A DNA stretch of 64,000 nt from an uncultured Spirochaetota bacterium (GTDB lineage: Bacteria > Spirochaetota > Brevinematia > Brevinematales > JAOACQ01), in the NCBI GenBank assembly GCA_963768055.1, contig CAVYGN010000002.1, positions 1,632,001-1,696,000 on the forward strand, given 5' to 3'. Of the stretch, positions 9,141 through 18,714 are shown piece after piece (the first letter of the stretch is position 1; each line of letters opens with the position of its first letter). Below the pieces are notes generated by a model. It saw only the letters and a program-made list of their open reading frames with translations. It was not told where the DNA came from and did no database searches. A program made the position numbers and the translations under genes.

Positions 9141-11483
9141 TTAAAATTCAATCCTAAAACCTCCAAGAGGCATAATAGAAAAATCTTGTAATTCAGCCTG
9201 AGTTAGTTGCCCATTATTTATGGTGTAATAATATGATATGACATTGTTATAATTTAAAGCATTTAAAACTTCAACATAAAAATACATTTGAGCATATGGA
9301 CCAAAAAATCCTTTTAATAAACCACCTCCTAATGGGATTGTCAATTTTAAATCGAGCCTACAATACCACGGAGTATAAGTACTGTCATAAGCTCCGTAAT
9401 AAATTTCATACTGTGTAGAATTTGTGGCAGGAGTATAAGGTAATCCACTCATAGCTGTTAATTGGACTGTAAATTTCCATTCGTTTAGAAAATCGAAAAA
9501 TAAGGATTGGTCAGGGTTTTTATAATAAGTCATTTCAACAAGGATTGAGATTGTATGTGACCTCAAGTAATCCGGTACAAACCACTGGTCCAGTTGTTGA
9601 GAATAGGGTATATTAGGGTTATCAGGTGAACGATTCGTTATTTCCTCAAGGCCGTATACATAAGTATAAGAAATCCACCCAGAAAGCCAATCACCCTTCT
9701 TTGGCTTTTTTTGAAGGTAAATATCACCCCCGTAAACATTTCTTAGCCCATCATTATTATAATTTAATAAAGAATCTGTTTCATCAAGATCGTAATAATA
9801 CTTGTAGAAGCCTTCAATCCTTAACATATAATCATTATCCGAATAATCCACACCGGTAATAGCATGATAAACCTTCTCGCTTTGAAGATTTGGGTTGCCA
9901 ATATTACTGATCAAATAATTAAACTGGGGAAAATCATGATAAAAGCCTCCTCTTAAATACAAATCAAGTTCTTTTGTGCATTCCAGCTTAATCCCTCCCT
10001 GAGGGTCAAAGGCCGATTCTTTATTCAGGCTGAAATACTCCTCCCTGCCTCCGAGTTCTAGAATAATTGATGGAAAAATTTCCCAGTTATCCATTAGGTA
10101 AACTCCATAATAAGAGGATTGTGATGGGCCATATGAGTAATTAAAATTCTGGTAATTGGATAGGAACCAACCTTGTTGGTTATTGTAAAAATAGTTGTTA
10201 TACTGGTTGGTTTCACAATAAAATCCAGGGTTATCATAAATAATAATTCCGCCAATCTGGATTTTGTGACCCTCGATAGAATTCAAATAATAATCAGAAC
10301 TAAGCTGATACCAGGTATTGTTAAAATTAACGTTTCCAAATAAATACGGTTCTTGACTATAAGTATTGCTTCCGTTCTCAGAAGAATCACCAGCAACAAT
10401 ATCAAAAAAGTCCCCCGAATCGAAACGATGGCTATATTTCAAGCTCCCAATAAAGTTAAGTATCTGATATTGATAGCTTCCTTTAAATCCAGAAAGTACT
10501 TGAGGGTTATCATTGCCGTTCCCAAGGTCCCATTTTTCTCCTTCTAGTGAGAAATAAGCAACAATAGAAAGATTGTCGTAATGTGTAATATCCCAGCAGA
10601 ATTTTGATATACCATCCCATAGATAAGGCCATTCTTGGACCAAAGACCTCTGATTTGTCGGGAGGAAAAGTGGATAATACAGATCATAATAGGTTCTGCG
10701 CATATCAAAAGAGATAGTTAGATTTGATGTTATAGGGCCCTCCAAAAGCACTTCGGATTCTATCGGAGAAATATCGATGAAACCTTTCCATCTTTCTTTA
10801 CTCCCATTAATAGTATCAACAACTATTACACCGGAAAGACCCTGTCCAAACATGGAAGGGTAAGCAGCCGTGTAAAGATTTATGCTGTCAACAAAACTTG
10901 GATTGAACATGGATATTGTGTATATACCGCCACTCCACCTCGTTGGGTTCATGATATAAATCCCATCCATGTAAGCAATCCATTCAGTACTGTTACCACC
11001 TTGAATAAACATACTGCTGTCCATTGCACTACCCCCCGATGAAACACCCGGCATAAGCTGAAGGGTTTTAAAAGAATCATTTATAATACCCTGGGAATTG
11101 GCTTCAATTTCCTCTTTATTTACAGTATTTTCAGTATCTACCCTTCCACTATTTCTTTTTGATTCGATGTTAATCTCTCCTAAAGAATATACTGATGGTT
11201 TAAGGCATATTTCTATATTTAAATCCATGCCATTTATTTCTATAGTATTGGAGTATTTTTCATACCCGGCAAGCATTGCATAAATAGTGTATTTCCCAGT
11301 AGGTATATTTTTGAATATACAGATACCTTTTTCGTCAGTCAAGAGATTTGCATTGTTTTCAAGGATAGAAAGACTGGCGTCTTCAAGAGGGATCCTTCCG
11401 TTGTTAACTTGTACAGTCAGTTCCGCTGAAAAAGAGAGAACATAAATAAAGACTATTAATATTGTGGTCTTCAATCTTTGCAT
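9141..11483 (-). CDS. TonB-dependent receptor with N-terminal carboxypeptidase-regulatory-like domain
   Basis: Signal peptide, LTDEKG..F.NIPTGKY domain, plug LQLMPGV...IQGG...DGI, aromatic beta strands, C-terminal Phe (GFRIEF). Confidence 0.88.
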   Translation of the reverse strand: MQRLKTTILIVFIYVLSFSAELTVQVNNGRIPLEDASLSILENNANLLTDEKGICIFKNIPTGKYTIYAMLAGYEKYSNTIEINGMDLNIEICLKPSVYSLGEINIESKRNSGRVDTENTVNKEEIEANSQGIINDSFKTLQLMPGVSSGGSAMDSSMFIQGGNSTEWIAYMDGIYIMNPTRWSGGIYTISMFNPSFVDSINLYTAAYPSMFGQGLSGVIVVDTINGSKERWKGFIDISPIESEVLLEGPITSNLTISFDMRRTYYDLYYPLFLPTNQRSLVQEWPYLWDGISKFCWDITHYDNLSIVAYFSLEGEKWDLGNGNDNPQVLSGFKGSYQYQILNFIGSLKYSHRFDSGDFFDIVAGDSSENGSNTYSQEPYLFGNVNFNNTWYQLSSDYYLNSIEGHKIQIGGIIIYDNPGFYCETNQYNNYFYNNQQGWFLSNYQNFNYSYGPSQSSYYGVYLMDNWEIFPSIILELGGREEYFSLNKESAFDPQGGIKLECTKELDLYLRGGFYHDFPQFNYLISNIGNPNLQSEKVYHAITGVDYSDNDYMLRIEGFYKYYYDLDETDSLLNYNNDGLRNVYGGDIYLQKKPKKGDWLSGWISYTYVYGLEEITNRSPDNPNIPYSQQLDQWFVPDYLRSHTISILVEMTYYKNPDQSLFFDFLNEWKFTVQLTAMSGLPYTPATNSTQYEIYYGAYDSTYTPWYCRLDLKLTIPLGGGLLKGFFGPYAQMYFYVEVLNALNYNNVISYYYTINNGQLTQAELQDFSIMPLGGFRIEF

Positions 11484-11608
11484 GTTGAAACTCCGAAGTG
11501 AACAATATATATTTCTATTCAGATAAAGAAGTTATTATTGACAATTAAAGGATAATTTCAAGGTTTACATCTCCGATATTGATAAATTGACAGGACAAGC
11601 GAACCAAG

Positions 11609-12220
11609 TCATAAATCAAATGTTTTTTTTGGCTTCAATTCGTATCCAAGTAAATAATCTGTTGTAACATTAAATAATTCGGCGAGTTTATAAATAATAT
11701 CGGAGGGTGGAGTTTTATCACCTACCTCATAGGATGTTATTGTAGTTCTGTTCAAATTAAGACGTTTTGCAACATCGTCTTGACTAAGATTGTAAAGTTT
11801 TCTTAAATATCTGATTCTGCTACCTGTTGAGATTTTTTTATTTTGACAAAATTCTACGCTTTTTATAGCCGATTCAATTGTGATAATTATATTATCAATG
11901 TTACCACCTTTTTCACAGTAACTTTGTATATCTAATGTATCTAGGGTTTTTAAACCAGGAGCTTCATTACCGTAACCTGTAAGTAATAAAATATAGATAT
12001 CTTTATTGAACTTTCTTATTTCGTTTACTACCCATATGCCATCATGTTCGTCTATACGGTGATCGAGAATTAATATATCATAAAATTCATTTTTAATTTT
12101 CTCTATACCTTCCAGCGAACTCATAACACCATCAATATAGTATTTATCAGATAAAAAAGCTTTTATAGTATTTATAATAGCCGGGTCATCATCAATTACA
12201 AGTATGCGTATACCGTTCAT
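11609..12220 (-). CDS. Response regulator, REC plus XRE-family HTH
   Basis: ILVIDDD...ILILD...LLTGY...K receiver; RIRYLRK..LSQDDVA...TITSYEVG..LAELFNVTTDYLLG XRE domain. Confidence 0.9.
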   Translation of the reverse strand: MNGIRILVIDDDPAIINTIKAFLSDKYYIDGVMSSLEGIEKIKNEFYDILILDHRIDEHDGIWVVNEIRKFNKDIYILLLTGYGNEAPGLKTLDTLDIQSYCEKGGNIDNIIITIESAIKSVEFCQNKKISTGSRIRYLRKLYNLSQDDVAKRLNLNRTTITSYEVGDKTPPSDIIYKLAELFNVTTDYLLGYELKPKKTFDL

Positions 12221-13446
12221 ATGCTTGCCACTCCTTTTGGTATTTTTATATAAAAACTTGTATGGTTATCATATGAATCATACGAAATTACCCCATTAAA
12301 CCGCCCGCGTATAATAGTTTGTGCTATATAAAGACCAATTCCAGTGCCTTTATTTCCTTTCGAGGTGCACATATTCACAAATAATTTTTTCCTAATATCT
12401 TCTGGTATTGGATTCCCTTTATTAGTAATTGCAATTATCAATTCATTTTTATTTGCTGTGACAGTCAAATCTATTATTTTGTCATTAGAAGCTTCCATTC
12501 CGTTCGTCAGAATTGTGTTGCAAACTTGAACTAGAGAATCGATATCGCCATTTATTATATAGTTTTTGCATTCAATATTTGTTTTTAAAATAATTTCATG
12601 AACCTTCAGTTCATAGTCCATAAGTAGAAGTATACGCTCTATCAAATCATTTATATTAAAACTGTTAATCTCCTTTTCTTTTACCTCTACGGTTATTGCT
12701 TGACCTTTGACCGCATTTATCACATTAGTCATATAAATGTTGTTGTTATTTATGAGTACTTTCCAATATTCCATCTGTCTCATGAGTAAATCCATAACCT
12801 TAGGGTCAAATGAATTCTCTTTATACAATTGATTAATTTTAGAAATACACTCGTTAATTACCCGTATTCCAGCACTTGAAGTCATTAGAGGAGTTTTTAG
12901 ATTATGAGCCACCCCACCAATAATCTGACTTAAAAATATGAGACGTTCGTTTTCGATTATCTGCTTCTGCCTTTCCTCAATTGCTATTATATCCTGCATA
13001 AGAATATCTTGAGATTCTACAACACGCGAGAATTTCTTATCACTGCTCTGATTGCCATTTATTATTTCTTCCTCATTCAGCCATTTTAAGGCTTTATCAA
13101 CAGAATCAAAAATTTTAATGTCATATCTTTTGGCTACAGCAAATATATTTTGGGCAATGATACGTTGTTCAGGACTATTTACCACTGTAGCACTGCGGTA
13201 TATAATTTTTGCGTTTGGATTTTGCAATGATAGTGCGATTTTTATAGTTACATCCCGACCAAAATCCCATCCAAAATCCTGTACATCAGTTAAAACTTTA
13301 ACTTTACCATTTTGAGCACCAACTCGGCCTATTAGCTCATATAATTCTCTGTAGGCATCGTTCAGTTGGCCGAGTGACATGGTTGTTCGATATTTGAAAT
13401 ATATTATCCCATCATCCCTTAGATGGCAAAGTTTTAACTTTCCCAT
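12217..13446 (-). CDS. Soluble sensor histidine kinase with SpoIIAA/STAS-like N-terminal domain
   Basis: H box VAHNLKTPL, N box, GTGIGL G2 box; no TM segment; N-domain ends IFDSVDKALKWL. Confidence 0.85.
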   Translation of the reverse strand: MGKLKLCHLRDDGIIYFKYRTTMSLGQLNDAYRELYELIGRVGAQNGKVKVLTDVQDFGWDFGRDVTIKIALSLQNPNAKIIYRSATVVNSPEQRIIAQNIFAVAKRYDIKIFDSVDKALKWLNEEEIINGNQSSDKKFSRVVESQDILMQDIIAIEERQKQIIENERLIFLSQIIGGVAHNLKTPLMTSSAGIRVINECISKINQLYKENSFDPKVMDLLMRQMEYWKVLINNNNIYMTNVINAVKGQAITVEVKEKEINSFNINDLIERILLLMDYELKVHEIILKTNIECKNYIINGDIDSLVQVCNTILTNGMEASNDKIIDLTVTANKNELIIAITNKGNPIPEDIRKKLFVNMCTSKGNKGTGIGLYIAQTIIRGRFNGVISYDSYDNHTSFYIKIPKGVASI

Positions 13447-13967
13447 TATAACTTTCCTTTTTTAACAAAACTTTCAGGGATTTTTGTTTTCAATAACTCG
13501 TATAGATCGGGGGCTTCTTTTTCTATTCTGACTGGTCGTTTAACAGAATTAAGCCATACATGTGAACTTATGGCGGTGACGACAAGTTCTGAACTTTTTG
13601 CTTTTTCTAAATCTTCGGGTTTTAGAGTATTTGCTCCTTGAATTATATCAAAATTAACTCGTCTAACCTCATACTCAAAAGAGAATCGAAGGCTCTGCAT
13701 GTCTTTTATTTGTGTAAATATAACTATGTTATCATCAAAAAAAGCAGGCTTTTTATACTGGATGGAAAGATCGGTCACGATTATGAATATTCCACGTTTT
13801 TCCATCTCTGCATACGAGAACCCGTACTGTTTAATTATACTTGATCTAGCCAGTTCCAACCATGGCAAATAACTACCGTGATAAACAATGTTCTGTGGGT
13901 CGCATTCGGGATAGCGGACATTTAAACAATAAGTAAACATTTTCACAACCTCACGATTTTTAAACAC
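13446..13967 (-). CDS. Hot-dog fold acyl-CoA/ACP thioesterase (YbgC/4HBT family)
   Basis: VRYPECDPQNIVYHGSYLPWLELAR, YKKPAFFDD. Confidence 0.9.
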   Translation of the reverse strand: MFKNREVVKMFTYCLNVRYPECDPQNIVYHGSYLPWLELARSSIIKQYGFSYAEMEKRGIFIIVTDLSIQYKKPAFFDDNIVIFTQIKDMQSLRFSFEYEVRRVNFDIIQGANTLKPEDLEKAKSSELVVTAISSHVWLNSVKRPVRIEKEAPDLYELLKTKIPESFVKKGKL

Positions 13968-14131
13968 TTAATTATAACTTTTTTAATGAATATGTCTAAA
14001 AATTTCAACAAATTTGAAAAAATATTTTCAAATATTATTGACATTTAAAATAATGCAACATATTATATAATAATGTCTGTATTCATGGCATTTTTGCGAT
14101 AATTGTTATAATAATTTGCACAATTTAATTC

Positions 14132-14199
14132 AAAAAAGTACTTTAATACAAAAAAAGTACTTGAGTACTATTGACACTACACGATTTTATTTTTAAGAT
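14132..14199 (+). promoter_or_regulatory. Sigma70-like promoter TTGACA-N17-TAAGAT preceded by three AGTACT boxes
   Basis: TTGACA 14171-14176, TAAGAT 14194-14199; AAAAAAGTACTT at 14132 and 14151; AGTACT at 14137, 14156, 14164. A second TTGACA-N17-TATTAT lies at 14038-14066. Confidence 0.5.
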
Positions 14200-14534
14200 G
14201 ATGACACTAAAAATTCTAAGCAGTTTATTTAAGAGTAAATTTATGAGAAAGTCCAGGCGATTGATTCAATTAAAGTGTTTTGATATTGAGATAATATTTA
14301 GGTTTAAAAAAATATAAGGAAAGATTTAAAAGTTTGTACAGCTAAACAAAAAGAAGTCAGGAAATATTTAATTTATTTAAACGTAAATTGAGTTTACTTG
14401 AGTTTGTTAAAAATGTAAAAAATCATTTGTATTGAAATGAGTTTGAATAATAGAATGTCAAGATCTTGGAAATGCAGATTCGATTTGACTAATTTTCCAT
14501 TATTTAAAGGTTAAAATATTTTGTGTGAGAAAAA

Positions 14535-15233
14535 ATGAAAAATAATCGTATTATTATTGGAATCATTGATAGTGGTGTCGACAGAAGGTTTATTATTGAA
14601 AATGGTGCTAAAATTAAAAAAGCGTCCGCATTTAATATAATACAAGAAAGCCGACTTGTAGAGTGTATTGAATATAGTAAAAAAGATATAAAAAAATGGC
14701 TAGCTGGAAAAATCGATCATATATCGGATGAACATGGCCATGGGACTTCTGTTCTTTCTATAATTTGGGGAATTTTACCCAATGCTGAATTCGTGGTTTC
14801 AAAGGTTCTTGACCATGAAAAAAAAGGATATTCGATATGCCTTGTAGAAGCGCTTCGTTGGATGATAGAAAAAACTGATGTCCTTATAATAAATATAAGC
14901 ATTACGACAAATGATACAAATATTAAGGATGATATGTTAAAACTTGTCAAAGAAGCAAAAAAGAAAGGTATAGTTATATATTCAGCGAAAGATAATGAAT
15001 ATAGTATACCTGCTTCTGTTGATGGTGTTGTTTCAGTAACTGATTTTTTAACAATAAATAAAGTCGGGCAATATTCTCTACTAAAATCGGACGTTGTAAT
15101 TGAAAAAAAGGAAGAATTAATTTGGTGGGAAGGCGAATGGATTCAAGATCCTATTAAACCAAGTTGGGCTTGTGCAGTAGCTGTTTCTAAAAAGTTTGAA
15201 ACTGGACATAATTTTAAAAAGAGATTTGTATGA
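14535..15233 (+). CDS. Minimal cytoplasmic S8 (subtilisin-like) peptidase, candidate leader peptidase
   Basis: IIDSG (Asp), DEHGHGT (His), IINIS, PSWACA (Ser, deviant from GTSxA); no signal peptide. Confidence 0.78.
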   Translation: MKNNRIIIGIIDSGVDRRFIIENGAKIKKASAFNIIQESRLVECIEYSKKDIKKWLAGKIDHISDEHGHGTSVLSIIWGILPNAEFVVSKVLDHEKKGYSICLVEALRWMIEKTDVLIINISITTNDTNIKDDMLKLVKEAKKKGIVIYSAKDNEYSIPASVDGVVSVTDFLTINKVGQYSLLKSDVVIEKKEELIWWEGEWIQDPIKPSWACAVAVSKKFETGHNFKKRFV

Positions 15234-17134
15234 AAAATAAAAATTTAAATTTACCATCTACATTCGTTTTAAAAAATTATACTTCTAAATATTATTTTGA
15301 TATTAATGCATTATTTTGGAACAGTTTATTCTCAGAAAAATATTTAACTAAAATTTTTCAAGAAATCAAACTTAGAAACAAAATAACAGATTTTGAGGAA
15401 ATTTATTTTGATTATCTTATTGTTAATATTTCAGCTATAAAAAGTATGATGTCTGATTGTTATGTCTATAAATATCTTGAAAAAAATGTCTATTTATGTT
15501 TTAAAGTATTCTATTTGATAGTAAACATATTTAACCTAATTAGTTCAGATCATAGAATTTCCTTGTCCTATGGAATATCTTACTTAAAAGATATCAGTAA
15601 TATTTCTTTAAGTATAAATAATATTTTTATAAATCAATTTTTTGATGATATACTGAATAACAGCTTTTTTGAAGATAATATTCAATATAATATAAATATT
15701 CATTGGGAAAATGAATTATATAGTTTAATTCTTTTATCTATTAAATTACGTGAAAAATTTAAAAATGTTAGAGTTATAGTGGATTTCAGTCAAGTAAATG
15801 AACAGGTAGATTTTACTCAATGGATTTCTAATAATAATATCAGACAATATATAGATAACTTTAATAATATATATCATGAAGATAATCATAAAATTATTAA
15901 TGCTAATTATCATATTGGTGACGTGTTTAAAACAAAAAATATAGGGACTAGATTATTCAATACAAAGTGTTATTGGAATAAATGTTCTTTTTGTACAATA
16001 AATTCAAGGCACAAATCTGATCATACTTTTAATTCATTAACAAAAGAAGCAAAAGAGATTGTTGATAGCTTTATTAAAAGTATTTTAAATTATAATGAAT
16101 TAATTTATATAACTTTTTCTGATGAAGCTATTGAAAGTTCAATATTATTATATTTTGCGGAGCAAATTATAAACCAAAACATTAATATAAAATGGATTGC
16201 AAGGACAAGATTTTCTAATATTTTTACTTATGAAAACTGTAAAACATTATCTCAATCTGGATTGAAAATGATTGGTTTGGGTCTAGAGTCTGTTAATCCG
16301 AGAATATTGAGTCTTATGAATAAAAGAGAAAAATTCTATGATACTCAAGAATTGAATCGTATTATTGGTAATTTCGACCAAAATAATGTAAGTGTACATA
16401 CATACTTTATTATTGGTTTCCCATCTGAAACGAAAAAAGAAACCAAGCAAACACTAAATTTCATTGATTATAATCTCAAAAAAAGAAAGTACTTTACATA
16501 TTCAGCTAATAGGTTTTATCTAATGAAAGGGTCGAAAATTTATAGTAATCCGAAGGAATTTGGAATTGAAATAATCGATAAAGGTGAAGATGTTAAAATA
16601 GGTAATATCAATTATATTGATCAAAATAAAGGTCATAAATACAGCAGAGAAGAAATATTATTTTTGTCTAAGAAAGCTTATTCGAAAATGTTTTTTAAAA
16701 AAGTTAATAACAATTATTTAATTATATTAGGATGTAATTTCTGGGATTTTATTGATAGAACAGCATTATTTTATATTCATAAATATTACAATGAATTGAA
16801 TCCTTATTTTAGAAGAAATAAAAAAAGGATAAAACTTCATGATGAAGATCTTGATTCATTTTATAAAATTATCAGCATTCCTATTTATAAATTAAATCCT
16901 TTGATATATTTTGATATTATTAATGATAGATATATTAGGATTAAAGAAATATTAAAAAATCTTTTTTATAAGTTTATTAATTCTTATAACACAAAATTAA
17001 CACTCAGACAGAATATTTATGAAATATTACAAAAATTAGATTATAAATGTTCTAATAAGCAAATTAATTTATTTAATAAAATGATAATTCAATTAATTGA
17101 TGATGCATACTTGTATAGGATTGAAAAATTGTAA
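15230..17134 (+). CDS. Radical SAM enzyme of class B (B12-dependent)-like architecture, probable C-terminal RRE
   Basis: CYWNKCSFC, FSDEA, GLESVNPRILSLMNK, FIIGFPSET. The long N-terminal region has no clear cobalamin motif by eye; the C-terminus has a beta-then-three-helix pattern. Confidence 0.8.
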   Translation: MKNKNLNLPSTFVLKNYTSKYYFDINALFWNSLFSEKYLTKIFQEIKLRNKITDFEEIYFDYLIVNISAIKSMMSDCYVYKYLEKNVYLCFKVFYLIVNIFNLISSDHRISLSYGISYLKDISNISLSINNIFINQFFDDILNNSFFEDNIQYNINIHWENELYSLILLSIKLREKFKNVRVIVDFSQVNEQVDFTQWISNNNIRQYIDNFNNIYHEDNHKIINANYHIGDVFKTKNIGTRLFNTKCYWNKCSFCTINSRHKSDHTFNSLTKEAKEIVDSFIKSILNYNELIYITFSDEAIESSILLYFAEQIINQNINIKWIARTRFSNIFTYENCKTLSQSGLKMIGLGLESVNPRILSLMNKREKFYDTQELNRIIGNFDQNNVSVHTYFIIGFPSETKKETKQTLNFIDYNLKKRKYFTYSANRFYLMKGSKIYSNPKEFGIEIIDKGEDVKIGNINYIDQNKGHKYSREEILFLSKKAYSKMFFKKVNNNYLIILGCNFWDFIDRTALFYIHKYYNELNPYFRRNKKRIKLHDEDLDSFYKIISIPIYKLNPLIYFDIINDRYIRIKEILKNLFYKFINSYNTKLTLRQNIYEILQKLDYKCSNKQINLFNKMIIQLIDDAYLYRIEKL

Positions 17135-17238
17135 CTTATATAATAATAAATAATAAAATTAAACGTAAAAACATATTAATTGACATTATGATTGAAAATT
17201 TTACAAACCTTATAAAGTTAAGATTTTTATTAATGAAA

Positions 17239-17560
17239 TTCCCGGTTGGAGATAAAATAGGTAAAAAGGAGTATTTATGAAGAAAAACCCTGTCAGGTTT
17301 TATGACATTCCTGAGTCATTAAAGGAAATTTATGCTCTTGGTTCTGGTAGCGGTAATAGTGGTTCTGTAGCAGGAGATTGTTGTTCTGTTACTAATACAA
17401 CTTCTACTTGTGGTTGTGTTGGCTGGATGGCAAGTGCTAATACAACTTGCCAGACTAATACTTTTTCCTCTGCATCATTCTTTAAGAAACCACCCGCAAA
17501 AAGAATAATTAAGTAATATCTTAAAACAATAATTTCAAGTTAATTATCTCCAGCTGGGAA
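17239..17560 (+). other. 17-bp long-range RNA helix enclosing the precursor gene
   Basis: UUCCCGGUUGGAGAUAA (17239-17255) pairs fully with UUAUCUCCAGCUGGGAA (17544-17560) using two G-U wobbles. Confidence 0.7.
17277..17516 (+). CDS. RiPP precursor peptide (Cys/Ser/Thr/Asn-rich)
   Basis: 79 aa, AAGGAG RBS, charged leader, Gly/Ser linker, 5 Cys in core; lies among three radical SAM genes. Confidence 0.85.
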   Translation: MKKNPVRFYDIPESLKEIYALGSGSGNSGSVAGDCCSVTNTTSTCGCVGWMASANTTCQTNTFSSASFFKKPPAKRIIK

Positions 17561-17585
17561 AATTATATTAAAGAGAGAAAAGAAT

Positions 17586-18695
17586 ATGAAATATACAATA
17601 ATATTAACTCAAAAGTGCAATCTAGCATGTAAATACTGTTTTGAACATAATAAAGAGAATAATTATCTTAAAGAAAATATGATACCTTCAATCTTAGGAT
17701 TTATTAATTATTATCAAAATCAAGAATTTGTTTTAGATAAAAATATATCGATAGTTTTTAATGGCGGAGAACCACTTCTTAATTTTACAGTATTAAAAAA
17801 ATTACATATTGCTTTGGAAAAAATTGGTGTTAACGATTTTTCGATTTCTACAAATTTAACATTATTAACAGATGAAATTATTACTTATTTATATAATAAC
17901 AAGTTTATTTTACATATTAGCCTTGATGGAACTAAAGATATTCATAATAAAAACAGAATCTTCAAAGATGGAAAAGGAACATTTGATATTGTTTATAATA
18001 ATGTTGTGAAAATTAGGAAAAAATATCCTGATTGGAATAATTCATATAATATTACAATTTCTCCAGGCACTGTACATGATTTATATAATAGTTTTAGATT
18101 ATTAACAGATTTGGGTATAAGGAGAATTACAGCTGCATATTGTGCGGATTATGAAATGAATGAAAATAATATAGAAATATTCAAAAATGAAATGAGAAAA
18201 ATTAGTAAGGATTATATTGCTTTCTATGAAAATAATGAAAATATCTATTTTAAATTTTTAACCGATGGTATTTTATACACAATAAATAATAAAAAAGCAG
18301 CATGTGGAGTATGTAAGAGCGAAATTGCTATATTACCTTCAGGTGAAATATTGCCATGTGTGGTTTTTGTTGGACAAAATAATTATAGAGATTACATTTT
18401 AGGTACTTTGAATAGTTCATTGAATTATAATAAAATTAATATGCTTTTAGATAAGAAATTATTTAATTTGTCTGAATGTAATAATTGTAGTTTACTTCAA
18501 AGATGTTTTGTTGAATGTTATGCGGTAAACTTAAGAGTTATGGGGAATTTATTTGATATACCAGATTGCTATTGCCATATCAATCAGATTTGTTTACAAG
18601 AAGCTGAATATGTTATTAATGATTTATATAATAAAAAGAATAAACTATTTATTAATCAATATAATCTTAGCAAATTAAATAAAGAATCAATTTAA
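17586..18695 (+). CDS. Radical SAM/SPASM peptide maturase 1
   Basis: CNLACKYC, GGEPLL, SLDG, SPASM CGV...GEILPC...CNNCSLLQRCFVEC...C. Confidence 0.92.
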   Translation: MKYTIILTQKCNLACKYCFEHNKENNYLKENMIPSILGFINYYQNQEFVLDKNISIVFNGGEPLLNFTVLKKLHIALEKIGVNDFSISTNLTLLTDEIITYLYNNKFILHISLDGTKDIHNKNRIFKDGKGTFDIVYNNVVKIRKKYPDWNNSYNITISPGTVHDLYNSFRLLTDLGIRRITAAYCADYEMNENNIEIFKNEMRKISKDYIAFYENNENIYFKFLTDGILYTINNKKAACGVCKSEIAILPSGEILPCVVFVGQNNYRDYILGTLNSSLNYNKINMLLDKKLFNLSECNNCSLLQRCFVECYAVNLRVMGNLFDIPDCYCHINQICLQEAEYVINDLYNKKNKLFINQYNLSKLNKESI

Positions 18696-18714
18696 AATTA
18701 ATTGGGGAAATAAT

